The notes: generated by a model from the letters alone, not told the origin. Shown: positions 8,463-17,429, numbered from the stretch's first letter. The stretch is 32,000 bases of DNA from Fibrobacter succinogenes subsp. succinogenes S85 (GCF_000146505.1 NC_017448.1:3600001-3632000); one strand, 5' to 3'. A program made the numbers and translations.

Positions 8463-9353
8463 ATGGTTATGGAAAAGTCTTTCAGCAGCATTGGAATTGT
8501 CGGGTTCAAGGATAAGAGTGCCGATTTGGCATGTGCCTTGAAGCAGATTACTTCTTGGGCGCTTGAACACCCGCAGGTGAAATTTTACGCGCTCGATTCC
8601 CTCAAGGAACTCGTGAAAAAGCCGATTCGCGTGGTGAAAGAATCCGCGTTGCAGAAGACGGATTTGCTGCTTGCGATTGGCGGTGATGGCACTGTGCTGA
8701 CGGCTGCGCATATGGCGCTTGGTCATAACATCCCGATTCTCGGCGTGAATGCCGGACGCGTGGGATTCTTGGCGGAATCGCGTGTGGAAGGCTTGACCAA
8801 GACGCTCGATAGCTTGCTTGCGGGCGACTTCTCGACTCGCGAACGCATGATGATCGAGGCTGCTGTTTACCATGGCAGAAAGTGCATTGCAAAGCAGACT
8901 GTTCTGAATGAAGTCCATGTGCGCGCACACGCTCCGGAACGCATGGTGAACGTGAACGTGGCTTATAACGATACTTGCCTGACGGAATACTGGGCGGATT
9001 CAATTCTCGTTTCGACGCCGACGGGCTCGACTGCATACAACCTTGCTGCTGGTGGCCCGATTATCCATCCTTCGACGCCTGCGGTGGTGCTCACGCCTGT
9101 GGCGCCGAGCAGCCTCTCGGTGCGTCCGCTTGTGCTTTCGCTTACGGATAAAAAGTTGCGAATGGCTTCGGCGGTGAATTGCTCGCTCGATCTTGTTTTT
9201 GACGGGCGCATCACGCTTGAGATGAAACCGGATGAATATGTGATGTTGTCTGAAAGTAAGCTTGTGACGACGTTTATTCGTATGCGTCACACGGGCTTTG
9301 TGGGCGCTCTTCGTGAAAAACTTGGTTGGACGGGTAAACCGCGATCTGCTTAA
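8463..9353 (+). CDS. nadK: NAD(+) kinase
   Basis: GGDGTVL, VNAGRVGFL and TPTGSTAYNLAAGGPI motifs. The track ORF begins at GTG 8409 directly after the aroA-like stop. ATG 8463/8469 (GAGGA upstream) gives the usual N-terminus (...SIGIVGF). The exact start is uncertain. Confidence 0.85.
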   Translation: MVMEKSFSSIGIVGFKDKSADLACALKQITSWALEHPQVKFYALDSLKELVKKPIRVVKESALQKTDLLLAIGGDGTVLTAAHMALGHNIPILGVNAGRVGFLAESRVEGLTKTLDSLLAGDFSTRERMMIEAAVYHGRKCIAKQTVLNEVHVRAHAPERMVNVNVAYNDTCLTEYWADSILVSTPTGSTAYNLAAGGPIIHPSTPAVVLTPVAPSSLSVRPLVLSLTDKKLRMASAVNCSLDLVFDGRITLEMKPDEYVMLSESKLVTTFIRMRHTGFVGALREKLGWTGKPRSA

Positions 9354-11072
9354 TTATTTGCACGTTCCTAGTTTCCCGACTGAATAGAACGCGAATAACC
9401 CATTGGTATTGGGAGCGCCGCTGAAGACAAAATTGATGTCATGGACAGTGCTTGAGCTTAATGGATGACTGAATGAGTCCCAAGACAAGTCAATTGTTGC
9501 TCTTGAAAACGACTTTGGAATTGTTGCCGTAGGATTGTTTGTTGAAATTAAGCTTCCATAAGGCGCTAATTCAACAGAAAAATCATGGTCAGATTCGTAT
9601 ACCAGACAAAGTCCATTCCAATCTGAAATGTTGATATTTTGGGTTGATTGTTTGTCTAAGTCAAAACCTACTTTTACATAGGGCTTCTCGATTCCGCTAT
9701 TCAACGTGTAACTTCCAACAAGTTCTCCGTAATTTACGATGACGGGTTCCAGTGATGTTGCATTGTAAATGTTGCCTATTGGGACCGGCCAATTTAAGGT
9801 TGAGGATCCTCCTTCTTTTTCGTCCGTTTGAAAATGCCAATATCCGACATTTTCTGTTCCGTATTCTATGTAAAGTTCATCACTTCCGTCTGGGGCGCAC
9901 CACATTTCACTACAGTGATACGGTATGAATGGGTCCTTGAGTTCATCTGCAACTGTTCTTAGACGAATTAAATTGAATTTTCCTTTAGTTGAATCTTGCT
10001 GCTCGATTATGAATTTGACTACACTTTGGGAGGCTTCGTCTCCCGATATGGCGGTGTTATCCCAACGGCGCTGTTTGAATGAAGACCAATTGAAGCAGCG
10101 TTCTTCTGGAATTGTAGATGGTGTTGGTCCGAGTAAAGCCTGTGGCAGGTTGTTTTTTAATTCGGTATTTTTTGTATTGCCTAGGTCTAGTGTTATTTTG
10201 ATTCCAATTTCAGATGTGTAAGTAATGCAAATTCCTCGCCAATCCTTTAAGTCATGAGTGGCTTGCTCGGATTCTTTGAAGTAAAAACCCGATTCGTCAT
10301 TGTCCTTGTAAATTATTTTGTCGTAGTTGCTTGAACTTTCGGTATCTATATTGGGGTTGTGACACCATAGGTTGGTACTATTGCAAGAGACAAATGAGGG
10401 TGACGATGATGCTGGTAATGAAGTGTTATATACGGGTTTCAATATATATATTGAGCAGTAGTTTGCTGCGGGATCGTAGGGGATAGAATTGCAAAGGCTT
10501 TTATAAAGCGTGGTTGTTGTATTGTCACAAGTGACATCGACAATCCCGTCAAGATGGTCGTTCAAGGAACAGTTGTTGCCTTTGTTTGGGAGTTCGGTGA
10601 GTTTTGTACCGTCTTTGTTGAATAGATGCCCCAAGATTACGTCATTGCAGGATACGTTGTAGAACGTTTCTAGAGTGTCTAGTTTTACAGTGCAGGATGA
10701 GGAAATGTCGCTGTTTTTGGGAATGTTTGTTATGGAAGTGTCCTTGCTTGTCGTTGAATCTTTTGCGATGGTGGAATCTTTTGTTACGGGAGTAATATTT
10801 GTGGTGGATGTGTCTTTAGCAAAGGTTGAATCTTTCGCAATAGTACTATCCTTTGCTATGGTAGTATCTTTTGTTTGCGTACTATCCTTAGACGATGTAA
10901 TAGAGCTTGTTTCGTTATATGATGAACTCGAAATGTCTTTTTGAGTGTTTACTGAATCTGATTCTGTGCTTGTAATGCCTGTAGGAAATGTACTAGATTC
11001 GTTATCGCTACAAGAAACGAAATAAAACAATGATAAAGCCGATAGGGTTATAAAATATTTATTCAGATACAT
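9354..11072 (-). CDS. Lipoprotein with Ser/Thr-rich KDSTxA tandem repeats and two duplicated Cys/Trp-containing C-terminal modules (hypothetical)
   Basis: Start taken at ATG 11072 (MYLNKYFITLSALSLFYFVSC, lipobox VSC), because the track start at 11192 would overlap the upstream pseudouridine synthase gene. 572 aa. Repeats KDTTIAKDSTIAKDSTFAKD...KDSTIAKDSTTSKD. Two similar modules (LWCHNP...WRGICITYTSE... and MWCAPDG...WNGLCLVYESD...). Visibly AT-richer than its neighbours. Confidence 0.7.
   Translation of the reverse strand: MYLNKYFITLSALSLFYFVSCSDNESSTFPTGITSTESDSVNTQKDISSSSYNETSSITSSKDSTQTKDTTIAKDSTIAKDSTFAKDTSTTNITPVTKDSTIAKDSTTSKDTSITNIPKNSDISSSCTVKLDTLETFYNVSCNDVILGHLFNKDGTKLTELPNKGNNCSLNDHLDGIVDVTCDNTTTTLYKSLCNSIPYDPAANYCSIYILKPVYNTSLPASSSPSFVSCNSTNLWCHNPNIDTESSSNYDKIIYKDNDESGFYFKESEQATHDLKDWRGICITYTSEIGIKITLDLGNTKNTELKNNLPQALLGPTPSTIPEERCFNWSSFKQRRWDNTAISGDEASQSVVKFIIEQQDSTKGKFNLIRLRTVADELKDPFIPYHCSEMWCAPDGSDELYIEYGTENVGYWHFQTDEKEGGSSTLNWPVPIGNIYNATSLEPVIVNYGELVGSYTLNSGIEKPYVKVGFDLDKQSTQNINISDWNGLCLVYESDHDFSVELAPYGSLISTNNPTATIPKSFSRATIDLSWDSFSHPLSSSTVHDINFVFSGAPNTNGLFAFYSVGKLGTCK
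10725..10890. repeat. Imperfect 18-bp tandem repeats (coding for KDST[IF]A units)
   Basis: Seen on the + strand as ...gaatcttttgcgatggtg gaatcttttgttacggga... aaggttgaatctttcgca atagtactatcctttgct atggtagtatcttttgtt. In-frame coding repeat within the lipoprotein gene. Confidence 0.6.
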
Positions 11073-11131
11073 ATATCCTCCCAAGAGAGAATATAGGAAT
11101 AAAATAAAGACTAAGTTTAATTGATGGGTGC

Positions 11132-11992
11132 TTAATGAAGGTTTATTTTTCGAATCTCGCCCTGCTTTAAATCGCCCAATTCGTAATTGCAAAACTTGAT
11201 GCGCACAAGGCGCAAAACTTCGTAGCCGAGCTTCGCAAGCATGCGGCGAATTTCACGATTCTTGCCTTCGTCCAAGGTGATTTCTAACCAACAGTTCTTT
11301 TCGCCTGCGCTGTAGAGCTTGGCGCTGACGGCGTGCATGAACTCTTCGGGTTCGCCAAAGACGCGAGGCGGTACATTGAAACCCGCTTCCATTTGCGAAA
11401 GTTCTTCGGCGGTGGGGTGCCCGTTAACCTGAACGCGATAGATTTTTGTGTGGATGGGGCCGCGCGACTCTCGTTCTACGCATTTGTCGTCTCTCGTCTT
11501 TCGTCTCTCGTCTTTCGTCTTTAATAAAGCGTCTGCCCATTGCGTATCGTTTGTAAATAGCAAAAGCCCTTCGCTGGCGGCATCGAGCCTGCCCACGGGC
11601 GATATATGCGGCACAGGCTTGCCGGGGAACATCTTGGCGTATTGCTCGCGGAAAAGGTCCATGACGGTTGCGCGCCCTTTTTCGTCGCTTGCCGTAGTGA
11701 CATAGCCGCGCGGCTTGTTCATCATAAAGTAAACGAACTCGCTTGCCTTTACGGGCTTTCCGTCAACGCAAATCTCGTCATTTTCGCGGGCGGGAGTGTC
11801 CGGATCGCGGACGATTTTACCACGCAAAGAAACCCGGCCCTCGCGGACCAGGTTTTCTGCTTGGCTTCTGCTACAAAAACCGCGCTTAGAAATCACACGG
11901 ACAACGCCGTGAGCTTTGGCGCTAGGCGCGGGCTTCGCGCAGTCTCTTTCTCGGTTTACTTGCCGAGATATGCCTTGATGTTTTCGAGGCAT
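11132..11992 (-). CDS. Pseudouridine synthase, RsuA/RluB/RluF family, with N-terminal S4 domain
   Basis: 286 aa. S4 segment VISKRGFCSRSQAENLVREGRVSLRGKIV. Catalytic motif VGRLDAASEGLLLFTND. EITLDEGKNREIRRM. The ATG at 11992 overlaps the hisC 3' end by 37 nt, so the start is uncertain. Confidence 0.85.
   Translation of the reverse strand: MPRKHQGISRQVNRERDCAKPAPSAKAHGVVRVISKRGFCSRSQAENLVREGRVSLRGKIVRDPDTPARENDEICVDGKPVKASEFVYFMMNKPRGYVTTASDEKGRATVMDLFREQYAKMFPGKPVPHISPVGRLDAASEGLLLFTNDTQWADALLKTKDERRKTRDDKCVERESRGPIHTKIYRVQVNGHPTAEELSQMEAGFNVPPRVFGEPEEFMHAVSAKLYSAGEKNCWLEITLDEGKNREIRRMLAKLGYEVLRLVRIKFCNYELGDLKQGEIRKINLH
11487..11522. repeat. Heptamer microsatellite (TCGTCTY)x5, equivalent to a 14-mer x2.5, inside the pseudouridine synthase CDS
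   Basis: tcgtctc tcgtctt tcgtctc tcgtctt tcgtctt. Encodes KTKDERRKTRDDK on the minus strand. Confidence 0.8.
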
Positions 11993-13065
11993 TTCTTGTT
12001 CTGAGCTTCGGTACCGACGGTAATGCGGAGCACGTCACCCATAGCCGGCTGCGGACGGATGATGGTGCCCTTGGCCTGCAAGAACTTGAAGGCGTCCATC
12101 GGATCCTTGAATCCGCTGACGGCGATGAAGTTTGCATGGCTGTCGACGTAGGGGAGGCCGAGTTCCTTGAAACCTGCCTTGAGCTGTTCAAGACCCTTCT
12201 TGTTGAGTTCGCGAACCTTGTTCACGTAATCCTGGTCGTCAATAGCGCCGATAGCTGCTGCCTGAGCGATGCTGTTCACGTTGAACGGTTCACGCACGCG
12301 GTTGATGAGGGCGACGATTTCCGGGCGGGTGATGCAGTAGCCCACGCGGAGACCAGCGAGACCGTAGATCTTGCTGAACGTACGGCAGCAGATGATGTTC
12401 TTGCCAGCGGCGATGCGGCTGTTGAAATCCGGAACGAGTTCCGGCGTGTCTTCGATAAATTCGGTGTAGGCTTCGTCCATCACGAGAACGCAAGTTTCCG
12501 GGAGGCTGTCGGCGAAGTCGAGGATTTCCTTAGCGGTGAGGTCAGAACCGGTCGGGTTGTTCGGGTTAGCGAGGAACACGATGCGGGTCTTTTCGTTCAC
12601 GGCGTCGCGCATAGCCTTGAGGTTGTAGTTGTATCCCGGAGCGGGCATGTCAACTTCAACAATCTTGGCGTTCATGGCCATCGTGGCAAGCTTGTAAACA
12701 GCGAAACTGTGGTTGCCCATGACGGCTTCCGTGCCGGGGCCGAGGAACACCTGAGCGATCATGTCCAAAAGTTCGTTACTGCCGTTACCCACAGCAATCT
12801 GTTCGCGGTTCACGCCGCGGAATTCAGCAATCTTTCCGATGAGGTCGTAAGAACCGCCATCCGGATAGAGGTTCACTTCTTCCAAAGCCTTGCGAGCTTC
12901 GGCCATGCCCTTCGGGCTCGGGCCAAACGGGTTTTCGTTGCTGGCGAGCTTGTCAATGTCTTTCGGGTCGAGACCGAATTCACGAGCGGTGTAGGCGATG
13001 GGTTTGCCGGTCACGTAGAGCGGCTGCTTCAAAATGTGCTGTTGTGCGAGCTGATTGATATCCAT
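11956..13065 (-). CDS. hisC: Histidinol-phosphate aminotransferase
   Basis: 369 aa. LASNENPFGPSP, NPNNPTG, RTFSKIYGLAGLRVGY (PLP-lysine motif). Confidence 0.88.
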   Translation of the reverse strand: MDINQLAQQHILKQPLYVTGKPIAYTAREFGLDPKDIDKLASNENPFGPSPKGMAEARKALEEVNLYPDGGSYDLIGKIAEFRGVNREQIAVGNGSNELLDMIAQVFLGPGTEAVMGNHSFAVYKLATMAMNAKIVEVDMPAPGYNYNLKAMRDAVNEKTRIVFLANPNNPTGSDLTAKEILDFADSLPETCVLVMDEAYTEFIEDTPELVPDFNSRIAAGKNIICCRTFSKIYGLAGLRVGYCITRPEIVALINRVREPFNVNSIAQAAAIGAIDDQDYVNKVRELNKKGLEQLKAGFKELGLPYVDSHANFIAVSGFKDPMDAFKFLQAKGTIIRPQPAMGDVLRITVGTEAQNKKCLENIKAYLGK

Positions 13066-13242
13066 AGTTGTTATTTGCTAGTTATAGTTATTGATTATTT
13101 GTAATCCGTAAGGAATAATAGCAATTTTAGTTTCGTCGCTTGGTTTCTTTGACAAAATGTCTAGAAATTTAATTCGGAATTGCGCCCTATAATGGCTTTG
13201 GGAATATAAATTATATGTTGGAAAAATAAGGAATTTATTGAG

Positions 13243-14934
13243 ATGTTTGAAGCTTCGAATCGAATTTTAGCGGTGCTGTGCGGACTTGCTGTTTGTGCGT
13301 CTGCAGCGGTGGATCAGTGTAAATCGATTGGCTGGGCGACTCGTTCGGGCCGTACATCGACTGAATTTAATGTAACCGGTGGCGGAAATGCAACACCCAT
13401 TACAGTGACGACCTTTGCCGATTTGCAAAAGTACGCGAAGGATTCTTCTCCGCGTGTGATTTACATAGACGGTACGCTTGGCGATGGCTGGAGCGGGCGA
13501 ACGGGGGACCGCTTGAATATCACGGGTTCCAACAAGACCATCATCGGACTTAAGCCGGGGACTGTGCTTAAAGCGCCAATTCACATCAGCAAGGCTTCAA
13601 ACATTATCGTCCGCAATATCGTGATTCAAGGGCCGGGCAGTAATGCTGAGCAGGCTTGGGACAACCTTACCATTGAAAATAACGGTTCCAAAAATATATG
13701 GATTGACCACTGTGAATTCTGGGATGGTCAGGATGGCAATGCCGATGTGGTAAAAGGTGCAGATAACGTAACATTTACGTGGTGCATTTTTGGCTACAAG
13801 AAAAAGAGTTCGCACAACCTTTCGAATCTCATCGGCAGTTCTGACAATGAACCCGAAAGCGAAGGCAAGCTGAATGTGACCTACATGTTCAACTGGTGGC
13901 AGGCAGCCAACCAGCGCAAACCACGCTGCCGTTACGGAAACGTTCATGTGGTGAACAACTTGCTTACGGGCAATGCTAGCATCACAAACGGAACCGATGT
14001 GCTTGGCGTTTCGGCTGGCCACATGTGCAAAGTGCGCACGGAACGCAATGTATTTATCAACGAAGCAAACCCAATTTATACGGGCAATGCGAACGGCACG
14101 GGCGTGAACGAAGTCATCGACAATATTTTCACGAATTGCTCGGGCAATACAAAGGGAACGGGGACTTCTTTTACACCGCCGTATGAATACACGAGCTTTA
14201 TGCTCAAGGCGAGCGAAGTCGAAGCTGCCGTGAAGGCAAATGCGGGCGCTACGCTCAAGAGTCCGACGGAATGCGATGCCAATTATGTGGAACCGGAACC
14301 GCCGACACCTGATAAACAGTACCAGGCCGAAAAAGGTACGATTACAGGTGGTGTTTCTGAAAGTAGCAATGGCGGCTACCACGGCGATGGCTATGTGAAT
14401 TTCGATAAGGGCGGCGATGTCGTCGTGAATGTGAAAGTCGATACGGCTGGCCAATATCGCTTTGATATCGATTTTGCAAATGGCTCCAGTGAAGCACGCT
14501 CTCTTGCGATTTCTGCTGGTTTAGATACGGCAACGACATCTTTCAAGACAACTGGTGGCTGGACCGTCTGGGAAACGGCTGAAGTCTTGGTGAATCTTGC
14601 CGCAGGCGAAAATGCTGTGAAGTTTGCAACCGTTGGCGGTAATGATGGCCCGAACATCGACCAGTTCGATGTAACGCTTGTGAAGGCTGCGGAAAAAGAT
14701 TCATCGGAAGAAAAGACTATATCGATTCGTCCGAAAACAGCTGCTGTGGTTGAGCCTAGCGTTTACCGCGTCGACATTTTCGATACGAAGGGCGCGTTGG
14801 TGCGCCGCATGAATGTGGAATCTGCGAAAGTCAGCGATGTCGCCTGGATGACTCGCGGCTTGCCTGCTGGCTTGTATGTGATGCAGCTGAAGAACGCAAA
14901 TACGGAACGCCGCAAGTTTATTACTGTGAAGTAA
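13243..14934 (+). CDS. Secreted pectate lyase (PL1-like) with CBM6/35-like module and C-terminal sorting-type tail
   Basis: 563 aa with a signal peptide. Parallel beta-helix motifs NIWIDHCEFWDGQDGNADV, WWQAANQRKPRCRYGNVHVVNN. CBM-like YQAEKGTITGG...GDGYVNF...GGNDGPNIDQFDV. Last ~80 aa (YRVDIFDTKGALVRRM...GLYVMQLKNANTERRKFITVK) resemble a T9SS-type C-terminal domain. Confidence 0.8.
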   Translation: MFEASNRILAVLCGLAVCASAAVDQCKSIGWATRSGRTSTEFNVTGGGNATPITVTTFADLQKYAKDSSPRVIYIDGTLGDGWSGRTGDRLNITGSNKTIIGLKPGTVLKAPIHISKASNIIVRNIVIQGPGSNAEQAWDNLTIENNGSKNIWIDHCEFWDGQDGNADVVKGADNVTFTWCIFGYKKKSSHNLSNLIGSSDNEPESEGKLNVTYMFNWWQAANQRKPRCRYGNVHVVNNLLTGNASITNGTDVLGVSAGHMCKVRTERNVFINEANPIYTGNANGTGVNEVIDNIFTNCSGNTKGTGTSFTPPYEYTSFMLKASEVEAAVKANAGATLKSPTECDANYVEPEPPTPDKQYQAEKGTITGGVSESSNGGYHGDGYVNFDKGGDVVVNVKVDTAGQYRFDIDFANGSSEARSLAISAGLDTATTSFKTTGGWTVWETAEVLVNLAAGENAVKFATVGGNDGPNIDQFDVTLVKAAEKDSSEEKTISIRPKTAAVVEPSVYRVDIFDTKGALVRRMNVESAKVSDVAWMTRGLPAGLYVMQLKNANTERRKFITVK

Positions 14935-14939
14935 TACTT

Positions 14940-15818
14940 TTAAAGATTATTTAAAAACTCGACAAGGTCTCGATTCAGCTCGCTGTTGAGCGAATCTGCC
15001 TCTTGAACGGTGTGGTGCTCGTCGCCTTCAAAATCGTGGGCGCGTTCGCCGCAGATGTCGATGCCAAGAATTTTGCGACCTGTGGTAAGTGCGGTGATGC
15101 TATCTTTGAGGGCGTCAAACGTAAGCGTGCCTTGATCCCAATTGGTGGCAGCATAGACTGGTGATAGGGCGTCCTTGTCGATGGAAATGTAGAGATTAGA
15201 CGAGAAAACGTTCACAGAATCGCTGCAGATTATAGACGGGAGTGTGCTGAGTTCGCTTTCTTTGATGAACGTAACCTTCTCTAAAATATTTGCTTCCCCG
15301 GATTGCGAAAGCTCTTCGCGGACGGTTTCAACGAGTTCGTCTTTAACTCCGATGATGATGACGTTTTGGATAAACTTGTTGTTTTCAAGGACTTCTTTGA
15401 CCCAACCGCCGCAACTTAAAATTCCGCCAAAGCGGGGCGGTTGCATGTCGGGATGGTGGTCAAATACAATGAGCGTGAATGATTCTTGAACTCGGTCGGT
15501 CCAGAGCTTGCTCATGTAATGATAATTGCCGTTGTCAAAAAAGTGAATACCTGGTTGTGGCGCAATGTCGCTTGTGGAATTGTCGCGATTCTTGATATTG
15601 CGGTCGCTTTCACTCTTGCTGTTGCTTTCTGCGTTATCAATCAATTCGTTAATTTCCTTGATGGCGTCGTCGTCGCAGTAGCAGTCGGTTCCTACGATTT
15701 TCGTGCAGTTGAGCCAGCGAACGTCCTTGCTTGTTTCTGCGGTGGCGCGCAGTTCTTGCATAAAGGCTTGCTCGGCATAAACGCCCGTGAAATCTTGAAC
15801 CGTAATCATCATTGCCAA
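14940..15818 (-). CDS. Arginase/ureohydrolase-fold family protein (substrate unknown)
   Basis: 292 aa. Family metal-ligand motifs are present in order: NGNYHY (cf. GGDHS), VFDHHPD (cf. DAHxD), ISIDKDALSP (cf. SxDxDxxDP), GIDICGE. Has an N-terminal extension with GTDCYCDDDAI and a low-complexity insert NAESNSKSESDRNIKNRDNSTSD. Confidence 0.55.
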   Translation of the reverse strand: MAMMITVQDFTGVYAEQAFMQELRATAETSKDVRWLNCTKIVGTDCYCDDDAIKEINELIDNAESNSKSESDRNIKNRDNSTSDIAPQPGIHFFDNGNYHYMSKLWTDRVQESFTLIVFDHHPDMQPPRFGGILSCGGWVKEVLENNKFIQNVIIIGVKDELVETVREELSQSGEANILEKVTFIKESELSTLPSIICSDSVNVFSSNLYISIDKDALSPVYAATNWDQGTLTFDALKDSITALTTGRKILGIDICGERAHDFEGDEHHTVQEADSLNSELNRDLVEFLNNL

Positions 15819-15972
15819 AAAATAGTTAAAAATCCATTGCCTTGGGCGAAAAAGGCGGTGCCTGCTCAGTGGCTGGCATGACAGACTTTGGGAAAAATAG
15901 CGTGTTTTGAAGTTTTCCTGTTGTTGATTTTCCCAATGTTTTTGATTATTTTAGTGAGGTCAAGGAGTTTTT

Positions 15973-16467
15973 ATGCAAGAAGAATTGAAGAATATCACGG
16001 ACGAAGACAAGCGTTTTATGCAGATGGCGATTCAGTTGTCCGTTGACAATGTCGATAATGGCGGCGGTCCGTTTGGTGCTGTGATTGTCAAGGATGGCGA
16101 GGTCGTGGCAACGGGCGCAAATCGCGTTGTGCCGAATAATGATCCGACTGCTCATGCTGAGGTGACTGCAATTCGCAATGCTTGCGCAAAACTCGGAACG
16201 TTCATGCTGGATGGCTGTACCGTTTACACGAGCTGTGAACCTTGCCCGATGTGCCTGAGCGCTTTGTACTGGGCCCGCGTCAAGCGCATCTGCTACGCCA
16301 ATACAAAAGTTGATGCTGCTGCAATCGAATTTGACGATTCCTTTATCTATGACCAGCTTGACTTGCCGTACGAAAAACGTGCTATCAAGTGCGACCATTT
16401 TATGCGAAACGATGCGCTCGTCGCATTCAAAAAGTGGGCGACAAAGACGGACAAAACCCGTTATTAA
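15973..16467 (+). CDS. Nucleoside/guanine deaminase (CDA-fold zinc deaminase)
   Basis: 164 aa. HAEVTAIRNAC and SCEPCPMCLSALYWARV zinc-binding motifs. Small GuaD-like size with a C-terminal FKKW...Y tail. AAGGAG RBS. Confidence 0.8.
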   Translation: MQEELKNITDEDKRFMQMAIQLSVDNVDNGGGPFGAVIVKDGEVVATGANRVVPNNDPTAHAEVTAIRNACAKLGTFMLDGCTVYTSCEPCPMCLSALYWARVKRICYANTKVDAAAIEFDDSFIYDQLDLPYEKRAIKCDHFMRNDALVAFKKWATKTDKTRY

Positions 16468-16478
16468 TTTGAATTCGC

Positions 16479-17429
16479 TTATTTAAACCGTTTGCAAAAA
16501 CTGCAGGTTTGGCAAAAAGGGTGGCGTAGTTCATGCTGCGCGAACCCTTCTTTTATATTTAGCGCCATTGGGCTGTTGATGATTTCGGCAAGGCTTTGTT
16601 CGCCGATGTGACCGAGCGTAATTTGTCCGCTGTGATCGAGGCAACAGGCGACAACGCGACCGTCATGGAGAATCGCTACGTGCGTGTCTAGCGCGCGGCA
16701 TGTACCTGCGACGATTTCCTTGCCTATCCTCTCGTCTTTGACGCCTTCGGCGTCAGACAGTAAGGCTCGGTCATGCCAACAAGTAAACTTGTTGTCGCGA
16801 CTCTCGCCTCTTTCGTCTATACTAGGCCATTCAAATCTTGTGTCTTCGTGCAGATAAAGTCGACCGGTTATGTTGAAACTCTTGTGGCGACTGCAGAAAT
16901 GCCCGGGCGTGATATCAACGCCAAATGTCTCGTGGATGCGCATAAGCATGTAGCTGTTCCACGAGGAGGCTTCTTTGGCGCCGACGTTCCACAATCGTAA
17001 ATTGATGTAGAGATCGGGGCGTTCAACAATCGCAAGACTGCAAAAATCAAGGACGTTTTGCAAATGTCGTTCAGCGGTTTCGCGGGGGAGTTCCGCGTAG
17101 GCATGCGTCGAAAAGTTGACTTGGCGAACGGAGGGCGAGGCTAGAATTTGGTGACCTGTGCGCTCAATTGTGGTGCCATTTGTTGTGAGCGTGAGTTTTA
17201 ATGGTGTTAGTTCTAACTTCTTGACGTAATGCGCAAAGCCGGGATGGAGCGTGGGTTCGCCGAGAACATGAAAGTACACATTTGTTGCGTCGATTTCTTG
17301 AGCGCCTGCGATGCAATCTTCGAACAGCTTGGAATCCATGAACGTGCGGCTCGCGGGCTCCTTGCCACAGGGGCAAAAGCTACAATGCAAATTGCAAACG
17401 TTCGTGATTTCGATGTAGACGCTGTTCAC
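16479..17429 (-). CDS. Radical SAM protein with C-terminal SPASM/twitch-like Cys cluster
   Basis: 316 aa with a GTG start. YIEITNVCNLHCSFCPC (CxxxCxxC). C-terminal Cys cluster GTCRAL...VACCLDHSG...HPFCQTCSFC. GTGA overlap with dus. Confidence 0.8.
   Translation of the reverse strand: MNSVYIEITNVCNLHCSFCPCGKEPASRTFMDSKLFEDCIAGAQEIDATNVYFHVLGEPTLHPGFAHYVKKLELTPLKLTLTTNGTTIERTGHQILASPSVRQVNFSTHAYAELPRETAERHLQNVLDFCSLAIVERPDLYINLRLWNVGAKEASSWNSYMLMRIHETFGVDITPGHFCSRHKSFNITGRLYLHEDTRFEWPSIDERGESRDNKFTCWHDRALLSDAEGVKDERIGKEIVAGTCRALDTHVAILHDGRVVACCLDHSGQITLGHIGEQSLAEIINSPMALNIKEGFAQHELRHPFCQTCSFCKRFK

Noticed and set aside
10725-10890. Tandem repeats as a CRISPR array or mobile-element terminal repeats
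   Set aside because: The units are only 18 bp, contiguous with no spacers, in-frame and coding (KDSTxA). There are no cas genes, transposase or integrase anywhere in the window.
11073-11192. Upstream 40 codons of the track ORF 9354..11192 (-)
   Set aside because: It would overlap the 3' end of the pseudouridine synthase gene by 61 nt and add a non-signal-like leader. ATG 11072 yields a clean lipoprotein signal (…LFYFVSC).
11956-11992. The 37-nt overlap of the pseudouridine synthase start with the hisC 3' end as a sign of frameshift or pseudogene
   Set aside because: Both reading frames are intact with full-length family motifs. The overlap probably reflects operon coupling or an uncertain (possibly non-ATG, downstream) start of the synthase gene.
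13149-13193. TTGACA (13149-13154) and TATAAT (13188-13193) hexamers in the hisC / pectate lyase divergent region as a sigma-70 promoter
   Set aside because: The two hexamers are 33 nt apart, far from the 16-18 nt optimum. The promoter consensus of this lineage is not known to me, so no promoter call is made.
16479-17429. Radical SAM/SPASM gene as the core of a RiPP biosynthetic cluster
   Set aside because: There is no plausible precursor-peptide ORF, leader peptidase, transporter or RRE-type partner nearby. The neighbours are rdgB, dus and a deaminase. It is kept only as an unusual operon association.
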